Below are positions 48,701-60,832 of a DNA stretch of 64,000 bases, one piece after another. This DNA comes from Oculina patagonica (lineage: Eukaryota): assembly GCF_052425735.1 (NCBI RefSeq), contig NC_135761.1:8246001-8310000 (forward strand), written 5' to 3'. Both the position numbers and the translations under genes were made by a program. A model generated the notes under the pieces. It ran no database searches. It was not told where the DNA came from and was given only the letters and a program-made list of their open reading frames with translations. Position 1 is the stretch's first letter; every line of letters begins with the position of its first letter.

Positions 48701-50893
48701 CTTTGTTCTAGTGGTGGTAGAAGGTGGTTTACATCGCTTTAGACGTAGCTTGAGAGTTGCCAAAACCATATGATGGTCTGATGCTGCATCTGCTCCTCTT
48801 TTGACTCTCACATCCTGTAAAGACCGCCTGAACCTCTGACATATACACACATGGTCGATCTGGTTTTCGGTCACGTGGTCGGGTGATCTCCACGTTGCTT
48901 TATGGATGCGCCTGTGTTCGAAAACACTGCCTCCAATGACTAGGTTGTTTTGTGCACAGAACTCTGCAAACTGTTCTCCGTTTTCGTTCATCCTTCCAAG
49001 CCCATGCCTGCCCATGACCCGCTCATACCCCGTGTTGTCAGCTCCTACCTTTGCATTCAGATCTCCCATGAGTATAGTGACATCCTTATCTCCTTGTTTG
49101 TTAACTACACTCTGCAGTTGGTCATAGAATTCTTCCTTCTTTTCATCTTCAGCATCATTTGTAGGTGCATAGCACTGTATGATGTTAATACTGATGTCTT
49201 TCTTCTTGGTGGCAAATCTGGCCGTGATAATCCGTGGACTGACCGCTTCCCAGCTGATGAGTGCTCGTTGTGCTTCCTTGGCTAGCATGATTGCCACGCC
49301 CTCTGCGTGTGGTGCACCCTCGTCCTCATGTCCAGAATATAACACTGTCTGACCTGATAATAATTGCAACTGCCCTGATTGATTCCACCGCGTCTCACAG
49401 AGACCTAGCAGCGATACCTTGTAGCTCTCCATTTCCTTTGCCACCTGTGCTGCTTTCCCTGCTTCAAACATGGTTCGTATGTTCCAGGTGGCTATTTTGG
49501 TTATTCTCTTGGGAGTAAGAAGGGGAGTCGGCAACATAGCTTCCGAACGGTTTTCACTGCATCGCGTCATACTCCCTTGATTGAAGGGTCCCTCCTCTCC
49601 CAAGTCTTGCTGCCTTGAAGTTGTTGTCAATGTTTCCGTAACAAGTACTTTTTACTCTCCGGGTCACAGAGGCACGCAAGCCCCCCCCCCCCCCCCCCCA
49701 CCTCGGCAAGGTAGGATACATGGGGGAGTGGTCTTGTTGGCACGTGAGGTTAATTCCTAGCGGTAAAGCTGTGAGTCTAGGGTGGGAAGGTCTGAGGGAC
49801 CCCCCTTCCTTGCATGTCTCTTGGTTAACCAGAGCCTGCTACGTAGGCTGTGCAAAGGGCTAACATTATCCCAGAACAAGCCTGTTATAATAATACACTT
49901 ATCACACAACTTTGTGATTGAATATGAATAATATATTTTGATATAACCCTCCAAGACCATTTTAGTTGCCATAGCAACTAAAATTTTGGAGCTGGCCACT
50001 AAATTGAAACCGAAGTCGCCCGCCTGGTGACCAAAACTGAGGAAAAGGATTGAAAGCGTGAGCTTAATTTAGCAACTAAAATTTTTCACTGGCGACCAAA
50101 CTTGAGCAGTTGGTGGCCAAATGGCTAGTAAGGACAAAAATAAACTTGGAGGGTTGTGCTATAACATATTGATCCTCTTGGTTGTCTTTCTCATATCATT
50201 TACTATTCTTGTTGGCCAAGTGCTTTCTGTGACAACATGACAGGCAGATCAGCTATTGAAACTAAAAATTTCAGTTTTTACGAGACATGTCCATGTATTA
50301 ATTAGAAAATCTTTTCATTATTATAATAATATTGTACCTATAATCGCTAAAATTAAAGCTATAAAGTTCTATAAACATTTCAGAAACACAATAAACAATG
50401 AAAGCCTTGCACGCAACCAGCTGTTGCATAAATTTTTAGAATTTCAGTGTTTTGAGCTTTAGATATTACAATTTACTTCCTAGCAACACGCGAACAAAGC
50501 GCTTTCTGTTGCCTTCGGCACAGATTCGCAAAATGAAAGCGAAATTTTAAACAGAACTACAAATCATCGGTGTTTCGTACCGCAAAAGAATAAAACCGCT
50601 CTACCAACAATTTCACGCTTGCGATATTTTAACCTATTGATCTTGTAAAATTGATTATAGAACGCAAATGAGTTCAAGTAATTTAAAAGCAGCTTAACAT
50701 ACTGAAGTTAATATTAAAATAAAACACAGTCACATAAGCTTACTTTATGCGGCGTGTCTGGATCTCTATCCGAGTCGATTGGGTCTATGGGAGTGATATG
50801 TAAAGGGATTGTTTCTGTCAATGTTGTGTTGCTGGGAGTCTTCGGAGATGCGTTTGATCCGCACAGAGTTTTTGCCATCCTTTGTGCGGCCAT
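37086..50893 (-). CDS. ANKRD11/ANKRD12-like ankyrin repeat protein, ~900 aa
   Basis: Phase-consistent GT-AG exons 50893-50744, 44878-44791, 44408-44052, 43505-43363, 42608-41109, 40490-40434, 39331-39197, 38436-38356, 37513-37438, 37204-37086, with a possible in-frame upstream exon 51148-51032. Motifs PLTERQQL, RNERGETALHVAAIRGD..GWTPLHEAC..TPLHDAV, EQELVRLFGNCARKSAGYQVPYSVCT and SEDFDLLP match the ANKRD11/12 termini. Confidence 0.8.
37851..38215. mobile_element. Tc1/mariner-type MITE
   Basis: TIR CCATAAATGATCTAATA / TATTAGATCATTTACGG, TA TSD, TAATAAACGCC repeats. Confidence 0.75.
38602..39041. mobile_element. Fold-back DNA transposon (MULE- or P/Galileo-like) nested in a Tc1-type MITE (~38465-39062)
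   Basis: TIRs of ~170 bp plus a perfect inner 31-bp stem (38775-38805 / 38817-38847). Flanked by direct repeat TGGAGAAATCA, so the TSD is 7, 9 or 11 bp depending on the terminus chosen. Confidence 0.85.
39549..40374. mobile_element. PIF/Harbinger-like MITE with nested repeat
   Basis: TIR AGGCCATGTCACACGAGGCAAT / ATTGCCTCATGTAACATGGCTT, TTA on both sides. Confidence 0.65.
46553..49729 (-). mobile_element. Full-length RTE-clade non-LTR retrotransposon (APE endonuclease + reverse transcriptase)
   Basis: ORF 49630-46886 has ATWNIRT, ETRW, YAPT, GDLNA, IDH and SDH (APE) plus QAGFR, DYEKAFDSV, GVRQGCLLSP and FADD (RT). The frame continues past TAG 46886-46888 to 46559 (PQGKRRRGRPK). (TAAG)n tail and perfect 12-bp TSD GGTCTTGTTGGC (46541-46552, 49730-49741). 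Confidence 0.95.
49945..50155. mobile_element. Short MITE
   Basis: TIR AACCCTCCAAG / CTTGGAGGGTT, internal GCAACTAAAATT / GGCGACCAAA repeats. Confidence 0.55.
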
Positions 50894-51149
50894 ATTCTGC
50901 GGAAAATCAATTGCAAGAAAATCGGTTGTATAAAACTTCTTACCAGCTGTTTATGAAACATAATGCGTAAAACATGCAAATTTGTTACTACTCGAAAGTT
51001 AATATACTAAGCTTATAACAAACGCGGTTACCTTTTCATCGGCAAACATAAACATGCTCTTGCAAAACAAGCTCACTTCGCGATGTTCTTTTGAATTCGT
51101 AAACAATGGGTTACTAGCTTTCGAGAACAGATAAAAGTACATCGGCATA

Positions 51150-52157
51150 AACGTTAAACTTTCAATTCTCATTGATCTTTAGACCTTGTCTGCTTCCTGA
51201 TCCAAATATTCGGTCACTGTTCATGAATATGCCCGGAAAATTATGCAAGGCTAAAACAAGCTGAAAGAAACTGATCGCGCAATTGACCAGATAAATTCAG
51301 ACGCGAATCGAATAGGCCCGAACGTAAACTAATTCGCTTAAATTCCGGTTGAAATATCGCTTTTACCTGGTGGGTTGTGCATGAACTCGTTTTCCTTGAA
51401 TTTCTGTACCTCAGAGGCTCTTGTGGCGAAAAGTTGATGATTGATCAAAGAACGCGTCTTTGCGAAGTTTCCTTCTTTGTTCGCTTTCAAGATTATGATT
51501 CCCGCCAAAATACCGCATCCGGGAACCATTCGTGATTGTTTTGCTGGCTAATGAAATTGCTGGCTCAAAATACAAGTAACGCAAGACTGGACTAACATGC
51601 GATCAAAATTTTTAGCGGAGAAGCCGCGAAAGTAATGTGATGGAGAAATCGGAGAGGCGTTCATACAAAAAAATAATAAAAAAAAAAACAATCGGCTTGC
51701 GGAGCGAACATAGCACGGTTTCACTAGGATCTCGCTCCCCAGAACGCGCATGGCTCGGTCCGCTCTACGATTTTCTTTTTTTTTTCTCCTTGCCCTTGTT
51801 ATACGCTCGGATAAGCAGTCTCTTCCTTGGCCTAACGCACTCATGCTCAACATAACGAGTTCAGACGAAGGTTGTGTTTTAGAAAAACTCGCCGCGAAAT
51901 TGATAATCACTACTCTTATTTCCATTCACTCTTTTCCCGAATTTCACTTTCTTTTATTCCTTAATCAGCTGTCAATCATGCCAGACGCCATTCCATAAAT
52001 TTCTCTCAGCACTTTTAATTAAAATGTTATTATGTGACGTCACGCAATTTGTAATAATTACCCAACGGGATTACCGATTGTTCGATCACATCGCATACGC
52101 GCGCACGTGAAAACTTGGGTCGTGTTAATTTTTCTTTATCTTCTCGGCATTTATACC
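51150..52157. promoter_or_regulatory. Divergent promoter region between the ANKRD11/12-like gene and COTL1
   Basis: Head-to-head genes. CRE palindrome GTGACGTCAC at 52034-52043 and E-box CACGTG at 52104-52109. Confidence 0.5.
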
Positions 52158-55100
52158 ATGGCGGCCATCGATAAAGACGCTATGGCAAAAGCTTACCTTG
52201 AAGTTCGGGACGATAAAGTGGAAACCAACTGGTAAGTAAAAATTTTTTTGTCCGTTTACACACAGACGCCGGTATAAAACAAATATCACATTGCAAGGTT
52301 GCGGCAATAAGGTGACTCGTTCATCATATCGCAGTCTCGAGGGGTGGAGACGCTTTAAAAAGTCACTCAAAAACATAAGTAACTTCTACATATATTAAGT
52401 TATTCTGAAACGATTATTTGAAGAATATAAGTGATTATGTAAGAAGTGAATTTCGAGAGGGTTATTTGAGAACTTTGTTCGGGCAGATCATGTATTTTAA
52501 TACGCCGAAGGTTCTCTTAAAAGATTGAAATCTCAGCGAGAGAATATTGCGGAAACAGTTTATTATATTGTTCGTTGAATGGGTTGTTTAAATATCTGAC
52601 GAGTATTAAATTAGGAATCCGTTTTTGTGATAATTTTGCATAGCAAATCCGAAAAATTGTTTGTAGAAATATTTAACTGGAAAGTCCATTATCAACTTCT
52701 AAGTTATTTATTTAGTAGCAGTAGTATATTTGTTTTCGCACCTCTTAGCAGGGGGCTTGGTAAGGTTATTTTAGGCGTATCTTTTCCAACCCGCCGCAAA
52801 ATTCCCGGCTTGTCAAAAATGCTGTGTAATAAGCTAAAATCAAGACAGATTTGAAATATAATTCGTACGTGGCAGGTTCGAGAAATTAAGGCAGGAAATT
52901 AAACGCGCAAACGCGCACAATATTGTGTTGGAGAATAGGCGCTAGGAAATGTTTTTAAAATATTTTTATTTAACTTGAAACATAACTCCATAAAAAGCAA
53001 TGATAAAATAAATGTGTTAGACCAGGAGCCCATTAAAATCCTGGGTGGACGTATTACTCCAACATCGCCACATTTCCTTCCTATAAATTATTTGACCTTA
53101 TTTGTCCTCGCTGACTGTCTTCGGAATTAATTGGATCTCACTTAGTCTGCGGCGCTAGGCTTATCTATATCATCTATGGCTAATACCCGAGCAGTCCCTC
53201 GGGTCTTTGTCCCAAGACAAGAAGCACGCTAGACTTCAATCGTCCCCAGTAGTCCCTTGTGAAAAAAAAAATGAGTCAGAAATGGATGACGAAATGACGA
53301 GGAGAGGAAGGCAGAACGTGGGTGGGGATCTTTAAAGGTGCTACGTCACGGACAACGCATCTGCAAAAAAAATGGCAATTTTTTTCAAGTTTGTCCTTCC
53401 CAATCTGTCTCAATCTTCGTCAGTGTTTTTCTACATTAGAAAACTATTATTTTAAGGATTCCCTCAATTTGAGAGTAATCAGAAAAACATAGGACCTCCC
53501 CCACCTCTCGTAGGCGATTCCAAATTTATTTTAGTTGTCAACTACGGTGTACGATGAGTATCATGCGTTAAAATCTTGAAAAGTTACATGAAATCTTGAA
53601 AAGTTACAAAAAATCTTGAAAAGTTACATAAAATCTTGAAAAACACGAAAAAATCTTATACCAAAAAAATAAATAAATCACTATACCGGGGTTTTGTTCG
53701 TCTGCAACGCAGGCTATTAGGCCACCGCGCCTCCCACAAATCATCGATATAGTCCTCGATAAATACCGTCCAAATTCTAGTCCATCCCATTCAGGGAGGA
53801 GTAGCAATACTCCTAGTCGCTTTATGCTACGGAAACCGGGATAAGCTCTGGCTGTATGGGCCTCTTGGCTCGGACACAGACTTTACCTTACCTTATATCG
53901 AGGATTTTGTACATAAGTCCCGCTGCAACGCAGGCTAGGGTTCGATTGTATTAAAATATTGATGTTGCTTTTTACGGTTATTTACGTTACTGTTTCTTCA
54001 ATGTCAGGGCTGTTTTCAAATACGACGACAAGACCATCGTTCACATCGCGTCAGGGACGGACTACCAAGAATTTCTATCTCATTTTGGTGGTTAGTATAT
54101 TTACATGCAATATTTCAATTAGACGCAGTATTCTGTAGCTTCTAAAACGCTCACTAGAAAGTCTACGAGATATAAATTACAGTCCAATCTCTCTTAATGT
54201 ACACCTCTATTAGACGGACACCTGATGTTGGTCTCATCCCTGTCCTTTTTCAGTCATTTTAAGACGGACTCCTCTCACAGACGGATTGGAGTCGGTCCCA
54301 ACGCTGCCCGTCTTAGAAAGAGTTGACTGAAGTTACTGGTTTTTCCTTCGTTCTTCGATACCCGGGGGGGGGGGGGGACTTCTTTATAAAAGGCACGGGG
54401 ATGCCCGTCGGAAAATTTGAATTCAACCCCTGAAGAAGACCAATTTGGGCGTGGTTCAAGCCTTTCTGACCCCTAAAAGATACCACATTTTATGCCTTAT
54501 CGAGAGGAAGTCGTGGTCCATAAACACGCAAAAGAAAAAGAACTTGGCATATACCGTAAAATTCCGATTATAAGCCCTGGGCTTATACAGATTCGTAAGG
54601 GGTTTTGTGTGGGCTTATAAGCGGAGGGGCTTATATCCGGGAGGACTTATAAGGGGAATTAAAAAAAAACGTTTCGAAACGACCCACGGGAGTGTTGATC
54701 AAAATACGTTTTTTAAAAACGCATAATAAAGCAACATTTAGCCCTGTTCAGTACTGTCATCCGGCAGAGGGGGCCTTATATCCGGGAGGGCTTATAATCG
54801 AATGTATTTTTGTTTCCAGGTAGATGAGCCTATAACCGGAGGGGCTTATAAGCGGGGGTGGGGGGGGGGGGGGGCTTATAACCGGAATTTTACGGTATCC
54901 CGCCATCTTAACCTCACGCCTGGTCAATAAACCATATACCACATTACAATTGTAAGCTTTTCTTTAAACACGAAAAATATTGAACTTTGTCTCAACAGAG
55001 GCTGACCGCGCCTATGGATTTGTCCGCATTGAAACTGGTGACGAGCTAAGCAAACGAGCCAAGTTTGCTTTCATAACGTGGATCGGCGAAAGTGTTTCAT

Positions 55101-56067
55101 CGATGAACAAGGCAAAAGTCAGTACAGACAAGTCTGCTGTTAAACAAGTAATCCAGGTAAGATTTTAGTAAAAAAATAATAATAAAGTTATGACTGTAAC
55201 TGACTCAGACCTATATAATGTTGAACTCCCCCGCGTTGTGCGTTAGACTCCCAAAAATAGAACAAAACTACCAAAGACCTGCCTTTCAATATTCTGAAAA
55301 AAAAGGCTTCTCTTTTCTGCGCGCCTTCAACTCTCCCCCCGCCCGATCGACCCTAAAAATTACACAATGAGGACTTAGCTGTGAAGAGATCCGCGGAGTT
55401 TCTCTTGTTGGTCATCGCTTGCGCGCGAAAAATGAATTCAAAACTGAGCAGGAACCAATTAAGATATTCTGCAAAGGATTTCATCTAGCAATGGAGTTAT
55501 ATGATATTCGCATAGAGTTAGAGTTAAAACGACTTCCAAAATCCTGAATTCAAGATTTTGGAAGGCCATAATCCTGAATTCAAGACTTGGAAGGCCAAAA
55601 TCCAAAATCTTGAATTCAAGATTTTGGAAGCTAACTCTAACTCCACGCCATAACTTTATAAAAACAACTCTAAGAATTACTGTCCCCTCTGTAAAGCTTT
55701 GGTAATAGGATCGTCTAAACTGCCTAGTTATGCATTGTCACAAATCGATTACGGACACACCGGACCCTGTTAAAGTCATTTTGATAAATTTGAGTAGGGG
55801 GATGCACCCCCCAGGAGAGGAGGGGGGCCGCAGGCGCTTGGCTTGGAGTACGATGGGGGCCCCCACGTTTCAAAACGCTCCGCCGCCTCTGCCTCTGATA
55901 ATTGTTTAAGGCTCTCAGATTCCTCTCCAATTAACCTGTATTTCGTGCTTTGGTTGCAGAATTTTGCAGCGGAAATCTTGACGAGTGACAAGGATGAACT
56001 CGAACTTAATCATGTAAAGGCGCTTCTCGTGAAGGCTGGAGGAGCAAACTATGGCGTCGGAAAATAA
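52158..56067 (+). CDS. COTL1: Coactosin-like protein (ADF-H domain), 140 aa
   Basis: Exons 52158-52231, 54008-54090, 54999-55156 and 55960-56067. Reads MAAIDKD..VRDD..W.VFKYD..TGDELSKRAKFAFITWIG..AKVSTDK..QNFA.E..KAGGANY. Confidence 0.95.
53571..53642. repeat. Short tandem repeat, ~20-bp unit x4
   Basis: AAATCTTGAAAAGTTACA repeated. Confidence 0.8.
54180..54329. mobile_element. Degenerate Tc1/mariner-type MITE (CAGTCAACTC family)
   Basis: CAGTCCAATCTC..GAGTTGACTG, similar to 26023-26607. Confidence 0.6.
54554..54895. mobile_element. Tc1/mariner-type MITE
   Basis: TIR CCGTAAAATTCCG / CGGAATTTTACGG, TA TSD, GGGCTTATA repeats. Confidence 0.85.
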
Positions 56068-56789
56068 CTTGTAGCCTGCACTAAAATAATTAAACGCAAG
56101 TTTCTTCCTTGATCGCTTGCGATGTTCTCTTTATTGTACAATTTTTTTTTTCCATTATATAATCAGGAAAGCAGTGCTTTATATTATCATAATGATGAAA
56201 ATAAAACCGTGAACAGAACTACAAAAGAAAATCCAGCCAGTCCAAATCTCATTGTCCGTATTCATCTGTAAGTTCCTTGTGAGGAAGAATAAAGTCTAGT
56301 ACAATATTGAAGAAGTTCTTTCGGGTTTTGTTATTTAATTAGGCCTGGTACACTTTACCGTTTTCCGTGGCAGAATACAGTTTTTATACTACAGTATAGC
56401 CGACATAACAGTTACCGTCTTTGTATATACATGTATATCACAATACTTGACACTTTCGACTTTAATTGTCCTAGCAGTATACAGGACGTATATGTCAGAT
56501 ATAAACCAAGTAAATGACCACGAGCCTCCTGTACTGAGCTCTGTGGTTAGAACATCGGACCAGTGTGCGGTGCGGAATGTCAGAGGTGTTTCTTACATAC
56601 AGTTATTTACTACATTTATTTAACTTATTGCATACATACATTTGGGCCTTATGCGCCACATCGCGAAAAGAGGTCATTCGTTCGTTCGTTGGTTCGTTCA
56701 GTCAGACGGCACATTGAGCGAGTCAGTCATTCAGACAAGATCAATACGTCGGTATTAAAGTCGGCCAGTCAAACAGACGGTCAATTATA

Positions 56790-56921
56790 TTAGTCAGTCA
56801 GTCAGTCAGTCGGTCAATTCAGTCTGGGCAGTCAGTCAGTCAGTCAGTCAGTTGGTCAGTCACATAGTCAATTGATCGAGTAAATCATTGAGTCAGATAG
56901 TCATTTGAGTTAGTCAGTCAG
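56790..56921. repeat. Degenerate (CAGT)n microsatellite
   Basis: Direct reading. It overlaps the last codons of the upstream minus-strand gene. Confidence 0.8.
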
Positions 56922-59900
56922 TCCATTGTGGCGTTCAGCCGGTCGGCCGTTAATTCGCATATTCTCGCAATATTCAGAAAGATGATCAGATCCAATTCGT
57001 GTAGCTTCGGAATCATATGATACTCCAACGTGTGAGCGTTCCTGCTTCCGATTTCTTTCGTAAGATCTACCAATGTCAGCATTTTCTTTGGGAGATAACA
57101 AGGGCGTGGTCAACTCGTCATTCCCGTGGGACCTGGATCGACCAATTTTTGTATGCATAATAAGGAAATGAAGAAACACGTGGATTAGGAATCCCAGGTA
57201 CATTGGCGGGCCTGCCTCGTGAAGCAGCTTCAAGCTCGGTTCTTTGATCTCACATCTACAAAAACAAATAAGGGCAATTTTAGGTGAGTGTGTGATGTTG
57301 TCAGGAATTAGTTGTGGAAGTACTTTAAGGGGCACTGTCACCAGTTTTACTTAAAAAACTCAAGAGCCCAAAGACATATGGAAACTACAAATCAGTAGTA
57401 GTCCAATTTTGTTAAAAATCACCGTGCAAGTGAACTAAAGCGATTAACAAGTGATATTATTGTGATGCCATCAGGAACTTTAGATCTCAACTTGAAAAAA
57501 TCGGGCTGAATTTTTCAAGTTTTGTCCTTGTGGACTGGAAAAAAACACCCAAAAAAGTTATTATGGCTCCCATCTTCCTTCGACAATAATTTGCTTTATT
57601 CCTCGCGAGCGAGCGCGAGCGCGGGGGAATTTTGTCCCTCAAGGGCCAGGGGGAGAAATCTGTGGAGTACGGGGAGCTTGGTGTATGGGGAAATGACGTC
57701 ACACGGCCGCGCGCTGGTGGCCGGGCCGACCGATCTCGGGAGAGGGCAGGGGCGAATCCGGCTGTCTTTCTTATGTGGGTCGAATCCTGAGCCTCTTCCT
57801 CGGATACCACTGATTTCCACTCCCCCACGCCACAGGCGGCCATCGAGGGGCGGGGGAGGGCGATCCCGCCGTTCGTTCTCGCCCGAAATGCCAATGCGAA
57901 ATCCAATGGAGAGAGCCGCGCTCCCAACGCACCTCACGAACAGAAAGAGCGCCACAAGGGGAGACCCGGAACGAGGGGTCGCGGCCATGCCGACAGGCAA
58001 CTCACCGGTAAACCGGTATCCCCTAGACCCCCCCCCCCCCCAACCCAGAGCCGCGAGGCCCGCGAGTCACGTATTACTAGTATCTCCATCTTGAAGTACT
58101 AAGTGCATTTCGTGTACGAGAAGACCTATTCGCCAATCAATTTTAGTACTTTTTTTACCGAAAAGCATTATTTTAAATTCCCCGTGACAGTGTCCCTTTA
58201 ACGACCAGTCCACGACATACTACTTGGACCTCTTTAGAGCCACGTCATGAGTATAGGAATTTTCTGGTTGAATTTCTGACGTATCTCTCGCTGGAAAGAA
58301 CTGTATGCTTGAAATGGGAAGCAAGTTGCTATTTTCCTGTCAGAACAACATCTCAGCCTCGGTTTAAATTAGACAACAAAGTTTTCAATTTAACTGCGCT
58401 TGCTCGGCGTTTGCTTTCTATTTACTTCAACTCGTTGATGATTGCGTGACTAAGTGAGTGACAAGGCCGGTTGAGTGCGTGACGGGGCACTATATATGCA
58501 GTTAGCTAGTTGCAGTCAACTCCTTTCTTGCGGACACCTCGCTATTACGAACACCACAGTATTACGGACAGGAGAGGAGTTGACGTCCTGGTGAATACTG
58601 AAAATAACCCTCGCTGATACTTTATCTATACGGACACCAAATTGTTGTCCCGAAGGTACAGGTGTCCGTTTTCGCGGGAGTTGACTGCATTAGAAAGAAT
58701 ATTTAACCTACCAACCTGATTTTTCTGTCAAGTGGACCGATATACTGGTCAATCAAACATGCAGAAAAATGAGCCAGTATTCCGAGCATCAAAACTGGCA
58801 CAAGAAAGTGATTGATCTTGATGTCTGGGTTTCTAAAAGGTAAGGCACGTGCATTCACTTGTAAGAACAAAACCATCAAGAACACCGTTGTGAGCCCGCG
58901 AGCTGCCACCTCTGGGCCAGCCCACCCTGAGCCTACCCAGTCGGGATTGTGCTGAGTAAATGCCCAGAATTCTGCGAGAGCCGCGTCGATCATCAAACAA
59001 GCAAAACCAACAGCGCCCAAGCAGCAAACCTGAAATAAAAAGTAAATAACTAATGGTATAAAAGCAGGGTAGCCTGTTGCAGGCGTTCGGTTAGTTGGTT
59101 TGTGCGGCGCGGAGAACAGCATGAACAGCGAGTGAAAAAAAAAACTACAACGATTTTTCTTTCGCCCCAAGCCCCTCGCCATTTTTTCCACTCGCCATTC
59201 TTCGTGCTAATCCTGTACACCTTTTCGCGCTGCTCTGCATGCTCACCAATTAAACGAACGAATGGAACTCAAATCAGGTCGAGACGTAATCTTCGAAATG
59301 AAAATGAAATAATATATATCCACGTTCTCATAGAACTTGACTCCTATTGTCCGTAAAAAATCAAAGCTGTTTCGATTTTTGCAAATCGGTCTGTTCCATG
59401 AGGTTTTTTTAGTTTTAACCGTACGCGTACTATTGTTTTCTTCTTAGTCTGCATGGAATAATTTTCAAACCAAAGTCGGGTGAACGCAATATTGATCTGA
59501 TTATTATGTAATGTACTTTAATGTTGGTGAGGTGCGTGTGAGAGAAAACACGAACTGAAGGAAATTTAATTTGATTTTTTAAGTTTCGCGCCGTTAATCT
59601 TATCGCGAGCCACACCCGAGAAGCTAAGGATACGAGGTTAAGGGCCTGCCGGACAATTTTTCTCGCAATGTACTTACCATAATTTTAACATTCATCGACT
59701 CTTTATCCCTCTTGTTAAAGTCCAGCCTGTTCTTGAGCAGAAGAGCTATCCCCGACCCAATAATACAGATCGAGATAAGGAAAGTAGCCGTAGCGCGTAT
59801 ACAGACAGGAAAATGCAGTTTTGGCACATACTGGACTGCGCAGAAGAAGGGGGCGAGAAAACATGAAAAACCAACCATGAACCCGACGTTCCTGCGCTGG

Positions 59901-60832
59901 CGATCTGAAGAAGCCATTGTTAGATCTACTCTCCTGCTTGTTTCATCATTTCCAACATTATCAGCCGCTTCAGCGCCGCCGTCTGTTTCGTGGTGAATTT
60001 GAATTGAGTGCTCAAGAAATAGCAGCGAGCACAAGAGACGAAAATCGATCATAAGTGCTTTGTACATTGCTTCCAACACATCGAACCAGCCACCGTACAC
60101 TGCTCTCGCCCTGTTCAAATAGAAGTCACTTTCAACGTTCACTTGTGTGTCCACCCACTGGATAAAGTTGAAAAACGCCAGTATCTTGAAATAAAACTGC
60201 GCGTTTTCTCGGTAAGATTCGCTCGCCTTTGTGTTTCTTAGCCAGATGTATACCCCAGCCTGAATGAACTTTTGAACGATGAATATCACGTCGTCGGTCA
60301 ATAACAACACCCACAAATCCTCTTGCATTTGCGGTGTTTCGTTCTTGGACGCTTCAGCTCCCAACACGAGCATCAGCTCAGTTATATTTAGGGGGATCGT
60401 AATCATCGTGACGACCAAACCCATGGACGGCTCGTGCTCGCCAAGGGTGCGTAGAGTTGGTGAACTGGTTGGCTTCGTAAAGAAACGAACCGCGCCTAAC
60501 AGAACGAAAACGATTCCAACCATAAAGGCAGAGACGATGCGGTGATACAACATGATTGTCTTATTGTTGGACGTGTTCAGCACGTTCACAGAGACCATTA
60601 TCGCTCCAATAAGGAAGAGAACGAAAATTGCTTGCGATGAGATGACTTTGACCAAAGGTTTGAAGCAAACACTCAGAGCACTTAATAACAGGACGGTTAA
60701 GTAAAAGAAGGCTGAAAATGACGCCGTGATGACTTGAGAAGCGAAAACCGTGGCGTCAAGATCATGCTTGCTGTAGTTCGCACAGCTGTCGTGAATAAAA
60801 TTGCTTACTGGGTGCCAAGGCTTGGAATTCAT
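56910..60832 (-). CDS. Multipass membrane protein, distantly otopetrin (OTOP proton channel)-like, 604 aa
   Basis: Phase-consistent exons 60832-59678, 59029-58716 and 57255-56910, with about 12 hydrophobic segments in two halves. Segments VQKFIQ, LAFFNFIQWV..YGGWF..ALMIDFRL and PMYLGFLIH recall otopetrin half-domain motifs. The gene model is firmer than the family call. Confidence 0.6.
57328..58197. mobile_element. Kolobok-type non-autonomous element with GC-rich interior
   Basis: TIR AGGGGCACTGTCAC / GTGACAGTGTCCCT, flanks TTTA / TTAA. Confidence 0.7.
58513..58687. mobile_element. Tc1/mariner-type MITE (CAGTCAACTC family)
   Basis: TIR CAGTCAACTCC / GGAGTTGACTG, interior similar to 347-521. 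Confidence 0.7.

Noticed and set aside
46890-49518. Plus-strand ORFs over the LINE
   Set aside because: Antisense shadows of the RTE ORF.
57487-58094. 134-190 aa Arg/Pro-rich ORFs on both strands
   Set aside because: Expected from high GC content inside a TIR element, with no recognisable domain.
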